Positions 1-9,357 are shown, counted from the stretch's first letter. The stretch: DNA of 64,000 nt from Phycisphaerales bacterium (GCA_027451365.1 DAIDJN010000018.1:1-64000), one strand, 5' to 3'. Translations and numbers: made by a program. Notes: generated from the sequence alone by a model not told the origin.

Positions 1-643
1 TGATATTGTAATGCTTCCACTTTTTACCGTTAAACACGGATACGCCGTGGCGATTGGTGCCTGCCCATAATCTCCCGTGGCCATCCACACATAACGCCGT
101 GATAAAATTACTGGCCAAACCGGGTGAATTGCCGACATCAAAATGGTGCCAATGGAAGCGAGGCAGACCTGGCGGTTTTTTAGCCAAGGCCGCCGCAGCG
201 GCGGCAGCTTTGACGCCAATGGCATCAGAACTATTCGAACCCACCGCGACACCATGGTAAATTCCAAAATCTTCACCGGAAACCCAAACCCCGCCACGAC
301 CATCTGGGGCAATTGCGGCGACAAAGCGCGTGGGGCAGCCGGTGGCTTTTTCGGATTCCCTTGCCTCCGGTCCGCTCATTTGAACTTTTGGGGTTGCCGC
401 TTTGCGGCTGACATCGCGATTGGGTGAAGAGGCGAAAAGCGGAGCCGGTGCGGAAATAAGGATAAACAGGGCGGCGATCCATGCCGAAATCTGGCCTGCG
501 GCACCATTTAGCGGGTTGTGTCTTGACTGGGGAAAGAATGCCGAGAATGACCGGGAACAATCAGTTGCAGAAGCGCCTGAACTCGATTGCGGTGTCTTAT
601 GGTAAGACCGGTCGTTGGGTGACGGCGAAGATGTGACATTCAT
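1..643 (-). CDS. Partial secreted protein with two-component-regulator propeller (Reg_prop-like) repeats; runs off the left edge
   Basis: Own translation of an open frame not in the ORF track: ...ISAWIAALFILISAPAPLFASS...FVAAIAPDGRGGVWVSGEDFGIY...GLASNFITALCVDGHGRLWAGTNRHGVSVFNGKKWKHYNI. ATG at 643 is preceded by a G-rich SD; an alternative ATG lies at 745. Confidence 0.7.
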   Translation of the reverse strand, partial: MNVTSSPSPNDRSYHKTPQSSSGASATDCSRSFSAFFPQSRHNPLNGAAGQISAWIAALFILISAPAPLFASSPNRDVSRKAATPKVQMSGPEARESEKATGCPTRFVAAIAPDGRGGVWVSGEDFGIYHGVAVGSNSSDAIGVKAAAAAAALAKKPPGLPRFHWHHFDVGNSPGLASNFITALCVDGHGRLWAGTNRHGVSVFNGKKWKHYNI

Positions 644-1242
644 CTTGCGCCCCCCCCCAATTGTTGCGCCTACTGCAACTGGCCGGGAGGCAGCCGGATA
701 GGTTCGACAGTTCGAGGGTGCCAAATTATAGCATTGGCGAGCCATGATAAATCACCCCGACAAAAGGCCCAACGCCACAATACAGGAATAGCCACACGTA
801 CATGCGGCACCCATAAATCGGCTTTGGCCAACCACTGGAGCGAAAATTAGCAATTAAATGATGCTGTGTCAAGTTGTACCAAATACGGCGGGCGATGATT
901 CGCCCATACCGCCCGGCAAGTGTGGCCACATTTCTCCGCAAAATCGGTTGGTAGAACGGGCTGGTAGTATTAACAACTGCGGTCGGACCCTCGGTTGGCT
1001 GTCTTCGGCTGCCATCGGGCAATTTAGCCACCCCGATACATTTGTTGACAGCGATTTTACCGTAGCTCGATCGGAGGGAAGAGAGTTGCAAGCCGCCTCC
1101 GCGGCGGTAGAGCGGAGCACTTTGGAGGCCTTCCTTGCTTAAGGGCTTTCGTTTGGGCCTTTTTTGGATGGTCTTCGGCTTCAGGCGGCTTCTAGCACAT
1201 TCGCCATTGCGAAAAGGCCGACTGGCGTTAGCAGATTAGGCA

Positions 1243-2664
1243 TTAAGCTGTATTGAGATATATACATTTATATGGAAAACGGGTGCCTCCATGCGAGTCG
1301 GGCCGGGGGGCGGGCGGTGGATCGGTATGACCCGGCAGCGGAGCGACGGGGCCATCCGGTCCCTGCCCGCCCCCGGCGGGGCCGTCTTGGCTACTTATCC
1401 CTAAAAGTTTCAACGGGGTAGCCATTTCCCGGTTTCCTGCAGTCCAACCGTTTTCCCAGAGGTTGATGGCTTCGATAGCCTTCTCGTTGCTTTGGTCTTG
1501 GGTAAGCGGGGTGGGTGCTTTTAGATTGTCGGCGTATGGGCTTGCTGGTTCAATCAGCCAGCGTTTGGGTTTACAGTCTATGGATTCGTTGGAATTGAGC
1601 CGGTTCAGCCATCGTGGGATTGTGTAGGAAGTGCCGTGCTCTGTGCGCCTTGTTTCATAGGCGGTGCGGAAACCGTATTCTTTCGCAAGCTGGGTCGCTC
1701 GAAGCATTTCATTCCGGCAGGCTGCCCCTATCATCTCTCGTATTTGCGGGGCGTGGTGTTCCGTGATGGATCGGAGTGACCGAAGTTGGTGGTACATTGT
1801 GGAATGTGGCTTCCTGCTTCTGAATTCTTTCGGTCCCGTTACCCATGAATGCCAGCCCTTATAGCCCCAGGTGCGCCGGTGGTGTTCACGTAATAAATGC
1901 CCCTCATATCCCGGGCCGCCGGTCGTGTTCTTTGTTATGTACTTGCCGATATAGGATTCGGCGGCATCGCTGTTGGCCACGATTTCTATTTTCAGCCCAT
2001 GGATGGCGTTTGGGCCTTCGCTTGTCGTATAGGCACGGCTAAGCTCTCGCTGTACTATTGGTACATCTGCGGGATGGCATTTAATAAGAAAATGGTCGTG
2101 CGGGGTTCCGTCGCGATGGGATTCGCGTCCCTTAAGGCAGGTGGTTTTGATTCCATGGCGATTGAGCCGTTGGCGAAGTTGGCGGGCCATCTGGTCGAGT
2201 TTTGCTGCTGCCTGCGTCGGTGTAAAGCCTTGGTACCTGGGTGATGCCCAATGCCATTGAGTATCCAGCGTTGCGGTGACGAACAGATTGCCTGTTAATC
2301 CGTCCTGTGCCGCGAGGTCGGCCAATCCGTGAAGTGTTGCGAATAGCTTTCCTCGTCTGCGGTGCTGCTTTCGTTCTGGGCTGATTAGCTGCTCGAGCGG
2401 CAGGACTTCGTTGGGATCATCCGCATTGACGATGACATGATTCTGAGTAAATTCCAGTTGTCGTCGACGGTCTTGGATGGATGTCTGTATAAGCCATGGG
2501 CTTATTATTTCAGGCTGTCCATCCTGCAGGTTTCCGTCAACATGGTAGCTTCGCCAGCGGCGATCGCGGATGGATTGCTCACAAGCCCGGATCATGGCGA
2601 GCCTGGCGGTCTTGCGAGTAGTCGGATTGGTCACCGTGTCACACTTCTGCGGCGATAAGATCAT
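1243..2664 (-). CDS. Rolling-circle replication initiator, P2 gpA-like HUH endonuclease (Phage_GPA family)
   Basis: Motifs FVTATLDTQWH, ESHRDGTPHDH (compare EPHxDGTPHWH) and YIGKYITKN (YxxxY two-tyrosine motif). Confidence 0.8.
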   Translation of the reverse strand: MILSPQKCDTVTNPTTRKTARLAMIRACEQSIRDRRWRSYHVDGNLQDGQPEIISPWLIQTSIQDRRRQLEFTQNHVIVNADDPNEVLPLEQLISPERKQHRRRGKLFATLHGLADLAAQDGLTGNLFVTATLDTQWHWASPRYQGFTPTQAAAKLDQMARQLRQRLNRHGIKTTCLKGRESHRDGTPHDHFLIKCHPADVPIVQRELSRAYTTSEGPNAIHGLKIEIVANSDAAESYIGKYITKNTTGGPGYEGHLLREHHRRTWGYKGWHSWVTGPKEFRSRKPHSTMYHQLRSLRSITEHHAPQIREMIGAACRNEMLRATQLAKEYGFRTAYETRRTEHGTSYTIPRWLNRLNSNESIDCKPKRWLIEPASPYADNLKAPTPLTQDQSNEKAIEAINLWENGWTAGNREMATPLKLLGISSQDGPAGGGQGPDGPVAPLPGHTDPPPAPRPDSHGGTRFPYKCIYLNTA

Positions 2665-2885
2665 TTGGCGGCCTCCGGCTGTGGGGCTGGAGGCGGTTTA
2701 TTCTGCGAAGCTGCGGCCTTTGCGAGCTCGGCGATAGCCTGCTGCACGGCCGGGGAGAGCATTGGCCAAAGCTGGCAAACGGTTTCAAAATCGTCATCGT
2801 TTGGGCCGGAATTTGGGCCGGTTAGTTTTGAGTTGTCGTTATTTCGCGGGGTTTTCGGGGGGTGTTCTGGGCTTGGCACGCCCAT
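2661..2885 (-). CDS. Small hypothetical protein coupled to the rep gene
   Basis: 74 aa; its stop overlaps the rep ATG (ATGA). Contains DDFETVCQLWPMLSPAVQQAIAELA, a W-P-x-L motif I recall from small ORFs near planctomycete integrative-element ends (not verified). Confidence 0.45.
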   Translation of the reverse strand: MGVPSPEHPPKTPRNNDNSKLTGPNSGPNDDDFETVCQLWPMLSPAVQQAIAELAKAAASQNKPPPAPQPEAAK

Positions 2886-3007
2886 TGGTGGGGGTTTTTC
2901 GAATTTTGCCGGGCGCTCCGATTTTGCAGCATCTGCTGCGATTTAAGGGTTCTGGCGAGTATTGCCCTGATGACTCCTGCGCGCCGCCTTGCGCGCCTCC
3001 CTATGTC

Positions 3008-3031
3008 GGCGGGCGAGACGCCCGCCCCCCA
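3008..3031. repeat. REP-like palindrome GGCGGGCG-AGA-CGCCCGCC-CCCCA downstream of the pilin operon
   Basis: Perfect 8-bp stem; near-identical copies lie inside pilin leaders at ~8216-8241 and ~9197-9222. Confidence 0.7.
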
Positions 3032-3090
3032 GTTTGGCCTGACTCCCGCGTGGGCCTGTCGCCATGTGGCACCGGAACATTGCCGCAAGC

Positions 3091-6000
3091 CTACTGCGGG
3101 AGGCCTTGCAGAGCCACCACTTGCGGATCAGGCGGGTTGGGGCTGGTGGCACCGGCACCATTGCTGGTGGCATTGGTGCGATCGATCAGGGCAACAAATC
3201 GCTTCTGCCCTTCCAGAATGAATTCGGCGTTGGCATTCGTGGAATCCGGCGTCAGGCCACCCTCGGTGGGACTGCTCGAAGTGGAGGCCGGAACTGGGAT
3301 ACCCTGTGTCGCGTTGTACCAATCGGTAACCTTGTACGCTCCGCCATTTTGAATATAGGCCTCATTCAAACGCAAGGCTTGAATATAGGTATAGCAGATA
3401 AAAGTATCACTGCGGACGGTGGCCATATTGTAAAGTTCGGCAAAGCCGGTGGCGTTGTCACGGGCGGCGATGGATGTGGGCGAAACACCATTGAGCACAT
3501 TTGCCAAGGCCCATGTCAATTCCGCCTTAGAATGAAAGCCCAGCCCCCTGATGGCGCTGAACGTACCGAGCCGCAGGCTATACTGGTTAATATCTGTAGC
3601 CAGCGCCTGTGGGCTATTGGTTCCGCTCGTGCTGCCATCAAACGATCCGATCATGGCTTCCAGCACGGGCAGCGACGCCGTATTGATGTTTATGCGGCCG
3701 GGAACAGCCAGCTTGTTATAAATATTCGATCCATCATTGACGGAACCATCGGAAAAGGCTGAATCAAACGTGATGTAATCCAGCAGCTTGATGGCGGCGG
3801 GTTGGGGGACGGTCGCGGCGACATCATCATAAAAATCAAAGCGGGCGTTGGCTTCGTATTGCAGATTGGTATTTGGTTCATTGGTGTTTTTGGGAAGCGC
3901 GGCCACCTGTACGGCAAGCGGGCTTAGCGGCAGGTAACTGGCACCGGAAACAGACGCAAAATTCGCCACAAACGGGCTGGTTTCAAAATCGGCAATATTC
4001 AGCAGAGGAGAACCGGTGGCGGCACTAACGCCTGAGGGGTCAGATACGCTGTTGTAATATCCCAAGCAATCACCCATATCCGCAAAGCGGTCATAGAGGG
4101 GGATGCCGAATGCGGGACTGACCTGCGTATTGCCGGTTGTAATGCCAAGGTTACCCGCCCAAAAACCAGGCGTCAGTGTCTGGTTGGCGTTATCGCAATA
4201 CCAATCGCCCGCGGTGGTGGTGGCTCCGGGTACGCAGTTGCGTTGCACTGTATACACTCCAGTACCGCCCGTAAAACTGCCCACGACGCCGGTCATAAGC
4301 GGCTCAATATTGAAACTGTCAACCGGCATTTCGCTGGCGGTACCGGCCCGATTCACGAATGGCCGCAGCAGCACCACCTCCTGCGGGCTGGAACTTTGGG
4401 CGAATATCATGGTACCCTTTTGGAGTGTTACCGTCGGCGATGGACTCACCGTAAAATTGCCATTCTGCTGCACCACTACCAGAAACCCATTGGCGGGAAT
4501 TGTGGAGCTTATGGACGTGGCCGCGGAATAGGAAGAGCCGTTGTAAAGTTCCAGCTCCCAATTGGTCAGCGCCAGCGGTGCGCCAAACGGATTGTAAAGC
4601 ACCACGGCATAGTTTTTGTAGGTGACACTGGTTTTAGTTACCGTCGCATAAACCGCCGCCTGAATAATAAAGGGCTGTGCCGCCACTCCGGCTACAATTT
4701 CGTTGGTCGGGGCGGCAAATGTACCAATGCCGGAGAAATTTCCACTGGTACCATTATAGCCGCGGATGCAGGGGCCGGATGAATCGATAAATGAAGGTCC
4801 ATTGGTGCCGCCGTTGGCCACACCCATGCGATAGGTCATGTAATTGGCGGCGAACGCCTGGCCCTGGCTGGTGCCGAAGCCAGATTCCGCCATCGCTTGG
4901 GCAATTTGGGCGGCGGTAAGGGCGACACCGCCAGCAACATCTGCGCCAACGGCGTTCGTATTCGTGGCGCTGCCTGCCACTAGTGCCGGCGAATCCGCCG
5001 GAGCATTGACGAAAATTTTTCCGGGGCTTTGCGGCCATTCCTTCCAACTGACACCATTGACGGAATAGGCTGCCGAAGAGGTCAGGCCAAAAGGTGGTGG
5101 ATTGGCCACGTCCGGTTCGGTGCGCAATGGCCGGTCTTTGGAATAGGTGGTGAAGAACATTTTCCAGGGCTGGCCCAGGTTGGCGAAGCCTCCCCCATTG
5201 GGAGGATTGAATCCGAGGGTATATGGCAAAACAGACCCAACCCGGCAATCATAAAATGGCTGAGTCACGCCGGAGGCTATGCCAGTGGCCGGTATGGACC
5301 CCTGAAAAGCCCGCAGAGCGAGTTCCGAACTGGTACCAAAAAGTGCAATTGCCGCGGAATCAGTCCCGCCGGCATCGCGCGTCCAGAGGGCCTGCTGCCA
5401 AACCGAATCCACGTTATAATTGGCAAGACTGCCATTGTTGCTGCGGGCAATGGCCACCTTCAGCAAACTTAACATATCGCTTGTGCCACCGGTGTTGTTA
5501 TTGACCGTGCAATAGGGAGGATTGGTGCTTGTATCGTATGCATACCCAAGGCCATAGCCATTGAAATATTGTCCGCCCGGATTGTAGGCCGCGCCAGAGG
5601 CCTGCCCCACATTCAGATTCAACATGGAATTGGTATCCATGATCCGCACGGCAAAGCGGTAGCGTGTGCCATTGGGAGAACTGTAAGGCAGCAGATTCCA
5701 GCAGGAATCATCTATACCGTAGCGGTTGAATGTGGGCCAGACACTGTTGCTCCAGGCCGGGAAAACCACCGAGGCATTGGGCACATAAACCGTCCCCTGC
5801 GTTCCCGGTGTGGTCACCGCAGTTCCGCCGGAAAGCTGATATGACATGCCAATGTCATTTAGGCCGGTGCCCGGGTCGTACAGGAATGGACTTAATATGG
5901 AAAAAAGTGGATAGTTCACGCCCGGACTCACAGTTGGGGTGAAACCGGATGGTGGAGTTGTATAGTTACCTGTGATGGGTGGGGTCGGAGCAGACTGGCC

Positions 6001-6774
6001 CCCAGTGTATGCGCCAATTTCGATTGCCGCCGGCGCAGTCTGAATCTTTGTTGGGTCCACGCCGGTCCAAAGCATGTTCGTATTGGGCGGAAGGTAACTT
6101 TCCGATAGCCAGACCGGCAGCGACACCAGCCATGGTTCGCTGCGGTACAGGTCTTGTGAGTCGGTGTAAAACGAGGATGGTGTCCCGGGCGCGATACCCG
6201 TAGTAGTGCCCAATTCAGGCATATCCCACGTGCGGGTGTAAGGTTTGATAGGAGTTGCGGCATTCAAATAGGCCCCGCTGCCATCGGTTAATTGCGTTCC
6301 AATCTGGCCGCGCACAATATTCAACACTGATGTCTGCGCCAGCGCCAGGCTGGCATTGCCGGTGGAGGCATTAGTGGATTGGCGGTCGGCACCGGCCATC
6401 AGCACATATACGCTGCCCATCACGGCCAGCAGAACCAGAATGGCGATAACCAGCAGAAGAATCATGCCGGACGCCCGCTGGCGGGCGGACCGGTCAATGA
6501 ATAATGAGTCCTGAGTCATGAGTAATGGGGATGACGACGATGACGAATTTTTACCACGAAGACACGAAGACACGAAGGACGGGGGGGAGACGACGGGAAT
6601 AGCCACAGAGGTCACAGAGAACACGGAGGACACAGAGGACGACTTGGGAGAGCAGTCAGAATGCAGAAGGTTGCAGCAAGGAGATGAAGGAATCTTCTGC
6701 CTTCTTACTCCTGTCTTCTGACTTCCATCTTCTGCATTCTGCGTTTTGTATTCTGTATTCTTTGTGTTCTTCAT
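3091..6774 (-). CDS. Large PilX/GspK-like minor pilin with lamin-tail-like and helix-hairpin-helix segments; 103-aa leader
   Basis: RQRASG|MILLLVIAILVLLAV (no Glu5, as in PilX/GspK), AVVLYNPFGAPLALTNWEL...TIPANGFLVV and GRININTASLPVLEAM; last gene of the pilin cluster. Confidence 0.7.
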   Translation of the reverse strand: MKNTKNTEYKTQNAEDGSQKTGVRRQKIPSSPCCNLLHSDCSPKSSSVSSVFSVTSVAIPVVSPPSFVSSCLRGKNSSSSSSPLLMTQDSLFIDRSARQRASGMILLLVIAILVLLAVMGSVYVLMAGADRQSTNASTGNASLALAQTSVLNIVRGQIGTQLTDGSGAYLNAATPIKPYTRTWDMPELGTTTGIAPGTPSSFYTDSQDLYRSEPWLVSLPVWLSESYLPPNTNMLWTGVDPTKIQTAPAAIEIGAYTGGQSAPTPPITGNYTTPPSGFTPTVSPGVNYPLFSILSPFLYDPGTGLNDIGMSYQLSGGTAVTTPGTQGTVYVPNASVVFPAWSNSVWPTFNRYGIDDSCWNLLPYSSPNGTRYRFAVRIMDTNSMLNLNVGQASGAAYNPGGQYFNGYGLGYAYDTSTNPPYCTVNNNTGGTSDMLSLLKVAIARSNNGSLANYNVDSVWQQALWTRDAGGTDSAAIALFGTSSELALRAFQGSIPATGIASGVTQPFYDCRVGSVLPYTLGFNPPNGGGFANLGQPWKMFFTTYSKDRPLRTEPDVANPPPFGLTSSAAYSVNGVSWKEWPQSPGKIFVNAPADSPALVAGSATNTNAVGADVAGGVALTAAQIAQAMAESGFGTSQGQAFAANYMTYRMGVANGGTNGPSFIDSSGPCIRGYNGTSGNFSGIGTFAAPTNEIVAGVAAQPFIIQAAVYATVTKTSVTYKNYAVVLYNPFGAPLALTNWELELYNGSSYSAATSISSTIPANGFLVVVQQNGNFTVSPSPTVTLQKGTMIFAQSSSPQEVVLLRPFVNRAGTASEMPVDSFNIEPLMTGVVGSFTGGTGVYTVQRNCVPGATTTAGDWYCDNANQTLTPGFWAGNLGITTGNTQVSPAFGIPLYDRFADMGDCLGYYNSVSDPSGVSAATGSPLLNIADFETSPFVANFASVSGASYLPLSPLAVQVAALPKNTNEPNTNLQYEANARFDFYDDVAATVPQPAAIKLLDYITFDSAFSDGSVNDGSNIYNKLAVPGRININTASLPVLEAMIGSFDGSTSGTNSPQALATDINQYSLRLGTFSAIRGLGFHSKAELTWALANVLNGVSPTSIAARDNATGFAELYNMATVRSDTFICYTYIQALRLNEAYIQNGGAYKVTDWYNATQGIPVPASTSSSPTEGGLTPDSTNANAEFILEGQKRFVALIDRTNATSNGAGATSPNPPDPQVVALQGLPQ
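6626..6734. repeat. 109-bp perfect direct repeat, copy 1 (copy 2 at 12413-12521), within prepilin leaders
   Basis: Base-by-base comparison shows identity; encodes EDGSQKTGVRRQKIPSSPCCNLLHSDCSPKSSSVS. Confidence 0.95.
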
Positions 6775-6843
6775 ACATCACCTGTTTCTTAATGTTCTGG
6801 CCACAAGGCGGCAACCGCCTGCGTTAGCATGTGGTTATTCTGG

Positions 6844-8370
6844 TCATTGCGGAAAATTAATTATCTGGGTTATGGTCTGGGTGCTCATGCGGTTGTTGGG
6901 GTCGGTGACCAGATAGGTAATTTTCAGGGCCACGGGCCAGTATTGTTTGTTGGCCTGGGTGAAAACCAGTGTCTGCGTGTCATAGGCATCACCGGTTTCG
7001 GAAATGGCGGTCGGGACCAGATTCGGATCATTTGACAGTGGGAAGGCATCCGGCCCGTACCATTGCAATTGCCCAAACGCATTCGGATAGCCGACATCCA
7101 CGGCAAAACTTGGAACGCCTTGCAGCATAATAGGTGTCATGCGGAAATAGCCGTTCAGGGCGGCGGTGACAGATCCATGACCACCTTGCGTGGAAGCCTG
7201 CGGAGATGAAACCGAGGCAAAACGGTAACAGTAGTCATCCGCGGCGGTCTGAAGGGCGAGATTCCCGACCGCCTGTTCCGCCGCCGCCTGCGAAATGGTC
7301 GCCACATCAAAGCGGGAAGATGTGGCTTGCGCGGCTGTTTCGCCAGCACCTGTCGGGGTACCTGGTGCCGGGCTTCCAGTGCCCGGATAGGTGATATTGG
7401 CAAAGGCCGGATCGGTGAAGTTACCGGCTGTGTTCGTTGACGTCAAAAGAAACAGATGCCGCCCCAAGTAGAACTGGCCCGAAGTCAGGCCGGAGGGCTG
7501 GGCATTGGAAGGCAGCACATTGGCCTGCGGCCAATAATATGGTTCAGCAGTACCGTTGGCCAATTCGCCTTGGCTGACATACAACTGTCCATACCAAATG
7601 GCGGCAGCATTGGAGGACACAAAATCCGTTAACGGCGAACTGGTGTTGTTTCCAGTGCGACTGTGAAACGAACCGTTGGCGATAAAGCCAAGTTGATCAT
7701 CCCGCCACAAAAGTGCCGGTGCACCCGAAACTGCTGTATTGTACGTTGCCCAAAGCGGTGTGCCGCCAGAGGTTCCGGGCTGATTGCCTGTGCTGGCGGT
7801 ATTTCCCTTAATGCAAAAATAGACAGTGGTAACCGGGTAGGTACCTGCCGCGGTGACTTCATCACCGGCCTGATATACCTGACCGATAGTCCAGATTGGG
7901 GCGTAAAATCCCTGGCGGACAATCAGGTAGCCGCCGCGGTCAAGGTGTTGAACATCAGAGGCAATTTGTGCCTGTACAGCCCGCACGTCAGACATGGTTT
8001 TGAGCGTGGCCTGCCCCACGCGAACTGCGTGGCCCGCAAGTTGGAAAATTTCACCCACTGCGCCCATCATGACCACCAGAATGGACATAGCGACCAGCAT
8101 TTCAATTAAAGTAAAGGCACGACGATTTTTAGCCGCAGAGGACACAAAGGACGACGACGGATTTTCACCACGAAGGCTGGGAATAATGACTGGGAGGCGG
8201 CCGTCTCGGCCGCCAGGCGGGCGAGGACGCCCGCCCCCCATAGTGCCAGAAAAATGGGCAGACCCCACCACGGACGGGCCGACGACGGATTTTACCACAG
8301 AGGAAGCCCGTGTTGGTCGCAGTTCGTTGTTCGTTGATCGTTGGCTGTTGTTTTTCATAAGGTCACTCAT
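6844..8370 (-). CDS. Prepilin-type (PilW/GspJ-like) minor pilin; 85-aa leader
   Basis: KNRRA|FTLIEMLVAMSILVVMM N-methylation motif. Confidence 0.8.
   Translation of the reverse strand: MSDLMKNNSQRSTNNELRPTRASSVVKSVVGPSVVGSAHFSGTMGGGRPRPPGGRDGRLPVIIPSLRGENPSSSFVSSAAKNRRAFTLIEMLVAMSILVVMMGAVGEIFQLAGHAVRVGQATLKTMSDVRAVQAQIASDVQHLDRGGYLIVRQGFYAPIWTIGQVYQAGDEVTAAGTYPVTTVYFCIKGNTASTGNQPGTSGGTPLWATYNTAVSGAPALLWRDDQLGFIANGSFHSRTGNNTSSPLTDFVSSNAAAIWYGQLYVSQGELANGTAEPYYWPQANVLPSNAQPSGLTSGQFYLGRHLFLLTSTNTAGNFTDPAFANITYPGTGSPAPGTPTGAGETAAQATSSRFDVATISQAAAEQAVGNLALQTAADDYCYRFASVSSPQASTQGGHGSVTAALNGYFRMTPIMLQGVPSFAVDVGYPNAFGQLQWYGPDAFPLSNDPNLVPTAISETGDAYDTQTLVFTQANKQYWPVALKITYLVTDPNNRMSTQTITQIINFPQ
8151..8278. 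repeat. 128-bp repeat containing a REP doublet, copy 1 (copy 2 at 9132-9259)
   Basis: 8 mismatches in 128 bp; contains TGGGRGGCGGCCGTCYCGGCCGCC-A-GGCGGGCGAGGASGCCCGCCCCCCA. Confidence 0.95.
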
Positions 8371-8403
8371 TATTCAATACTCAATCGTCACCGCGCATTG
8401 CCA

Positions 8404-9357
8404 TCAGAACTTCAGCGTGGTGGCGTATATATACACCGTCGGGCTGGCGGTCTGCGGGCTTGGGCCGGTAGCCGGCGGTGCGTAAATAATTGAATCATTC
8501 GGGGGCGTTTGGGCCGAGGTTGTCAGCCCGGTGACGGCATATTGTCCGTTGGCATTAATTATGGTGCGAACCACCCCGCCGGTGGTCAGATCCACACCCG
8601 TTGTGCCAATAGGCATGCCGGATACGGTCGCGGTGGACAATGTTGGCGTGGGGCTGCCGCCGCCGTAGGTGCTTTTGCTGTCACCCTGATTAAATACGAA
8701 TATATATATATCCCATGTCGGAATCGCCGCCGGATCGGCGAACGATATCGGGTCCAGACGGATGACCGCGGTCCAGGAATAAAGGGCGTAGGGATTGCCG
8801 GAAGTCCCCCCCAACGTGCTGCTATAGGGCACAGTGCTGTTGAGTTGGTAGGTGGCCATGCTGGCACTGCCAACCGCTGTCCAGGCTATTGCCGAGGGCG
8901 GCGCATTGGCGGTAGTCGGACCATAGACGTTCGTCAGATAGGCGACGGCACTTTGGGCGATGGTCTGACCGATGGTTTTCTGGGCGTCCTGCGTGGTCCA
9001 TTTGATGGCAATGGGGAATGTGGCGGCGACCATTATCAGGCCGACCCCCAGAATCGCGATGGCAAACATGATTTCAATTAAGGTAAAACCACGACGATTT
9101 TTAGCCACAGAGGTCGCGGAGGACACAGAAAACGACGACGGATTTTCACCACGAAGCCTGGAAAAAAAGACTGGGGGGCGGCCGTCCCGGCCGCCAGGCG
9201 GGCGAGGAGGCCCGCCCCCCATAGTGCCAGGAAAATGGGCAGACCCCACCACGGACGGGGCAGGCCGCTGGCCTGCATCCTCATTGATCCGTGATCTGTG
9301 ATCAGTGATCTGTGATCTGGCTTCTGTATTCTGTATTCTGTGTTCTGTATTCTTCAC
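8404..9357 (-). CDS. Prepilin-type (PilV/GspI-like) minor pilin; 90-aa leader
   Basis: KNRRG|FTLIEIMFAIAILGVGL; the GTG start overlaps the upstream gene's stop (GTGA). Confidence 0.8.
   Translation of the reverse strand: MKNTEHRIQNTEARSQITDHRSRINEDAGQRPAPSVVGSAHFPGTMGGGPPRPPGGRDGRPPVFFSRLRGENPSSFSVSSATSVAKNRRGFTLIEIMFAIAILGVGLIMVAATFPIAIKWTTQDAQKTIGQTIAQSAVAYLTNVYGPTTANAPPSAIAWTAVGSASMATYQLNSTVPYSSTLGGTSGNPYALYSWTAVIRLDPISFADPAAIPTWDIYIFVFNQGDSKSTYGGGSPTPTLSTATVSGMPIGTTGVDLTTGGVVRTIINANGQYAVTGLTTSAQTPPNDSIIYAPPATGPSPQTASPTVYIYATTLKF
9132..9259. repeat. 128-bp repeat containing a REP doublet, copy 2
   Basis: 120/128 identical to 8151-8278. Confidence 0.95.
9285..9356. repeat. Two adjacent heptamer tandem arrays, (TGATCNG)5 and (TTCTGTR)4, in a prepilin leader
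   Basis: Arrays at 9285-9319 and 9322-9349; related TTCTGYR arrays at 6730-6757 and 12517-12544. Confidence 0.9.

Larger units (their letters stand above)
750..2997 (-). mobile_element. Remnant of an integrated rolling-circle element (plasmid/satellite-like); no integrase in the window; boundaries approximate
   Basis: A gpA-like rep and a small ORF lie between two host genes, with 12-bp-period direct repeats at 2800-2821 and 2978-2997 and long gene-poor flanks. Confidence 0.5.

Noticed and set aside
726..1142. ORFs 726-1091(-), 858-1142(+) and 869-1120(-) as genes of the Rep element
   Set aside because: They overlap one another, have no recognisable motif or SD, and none can be supported.
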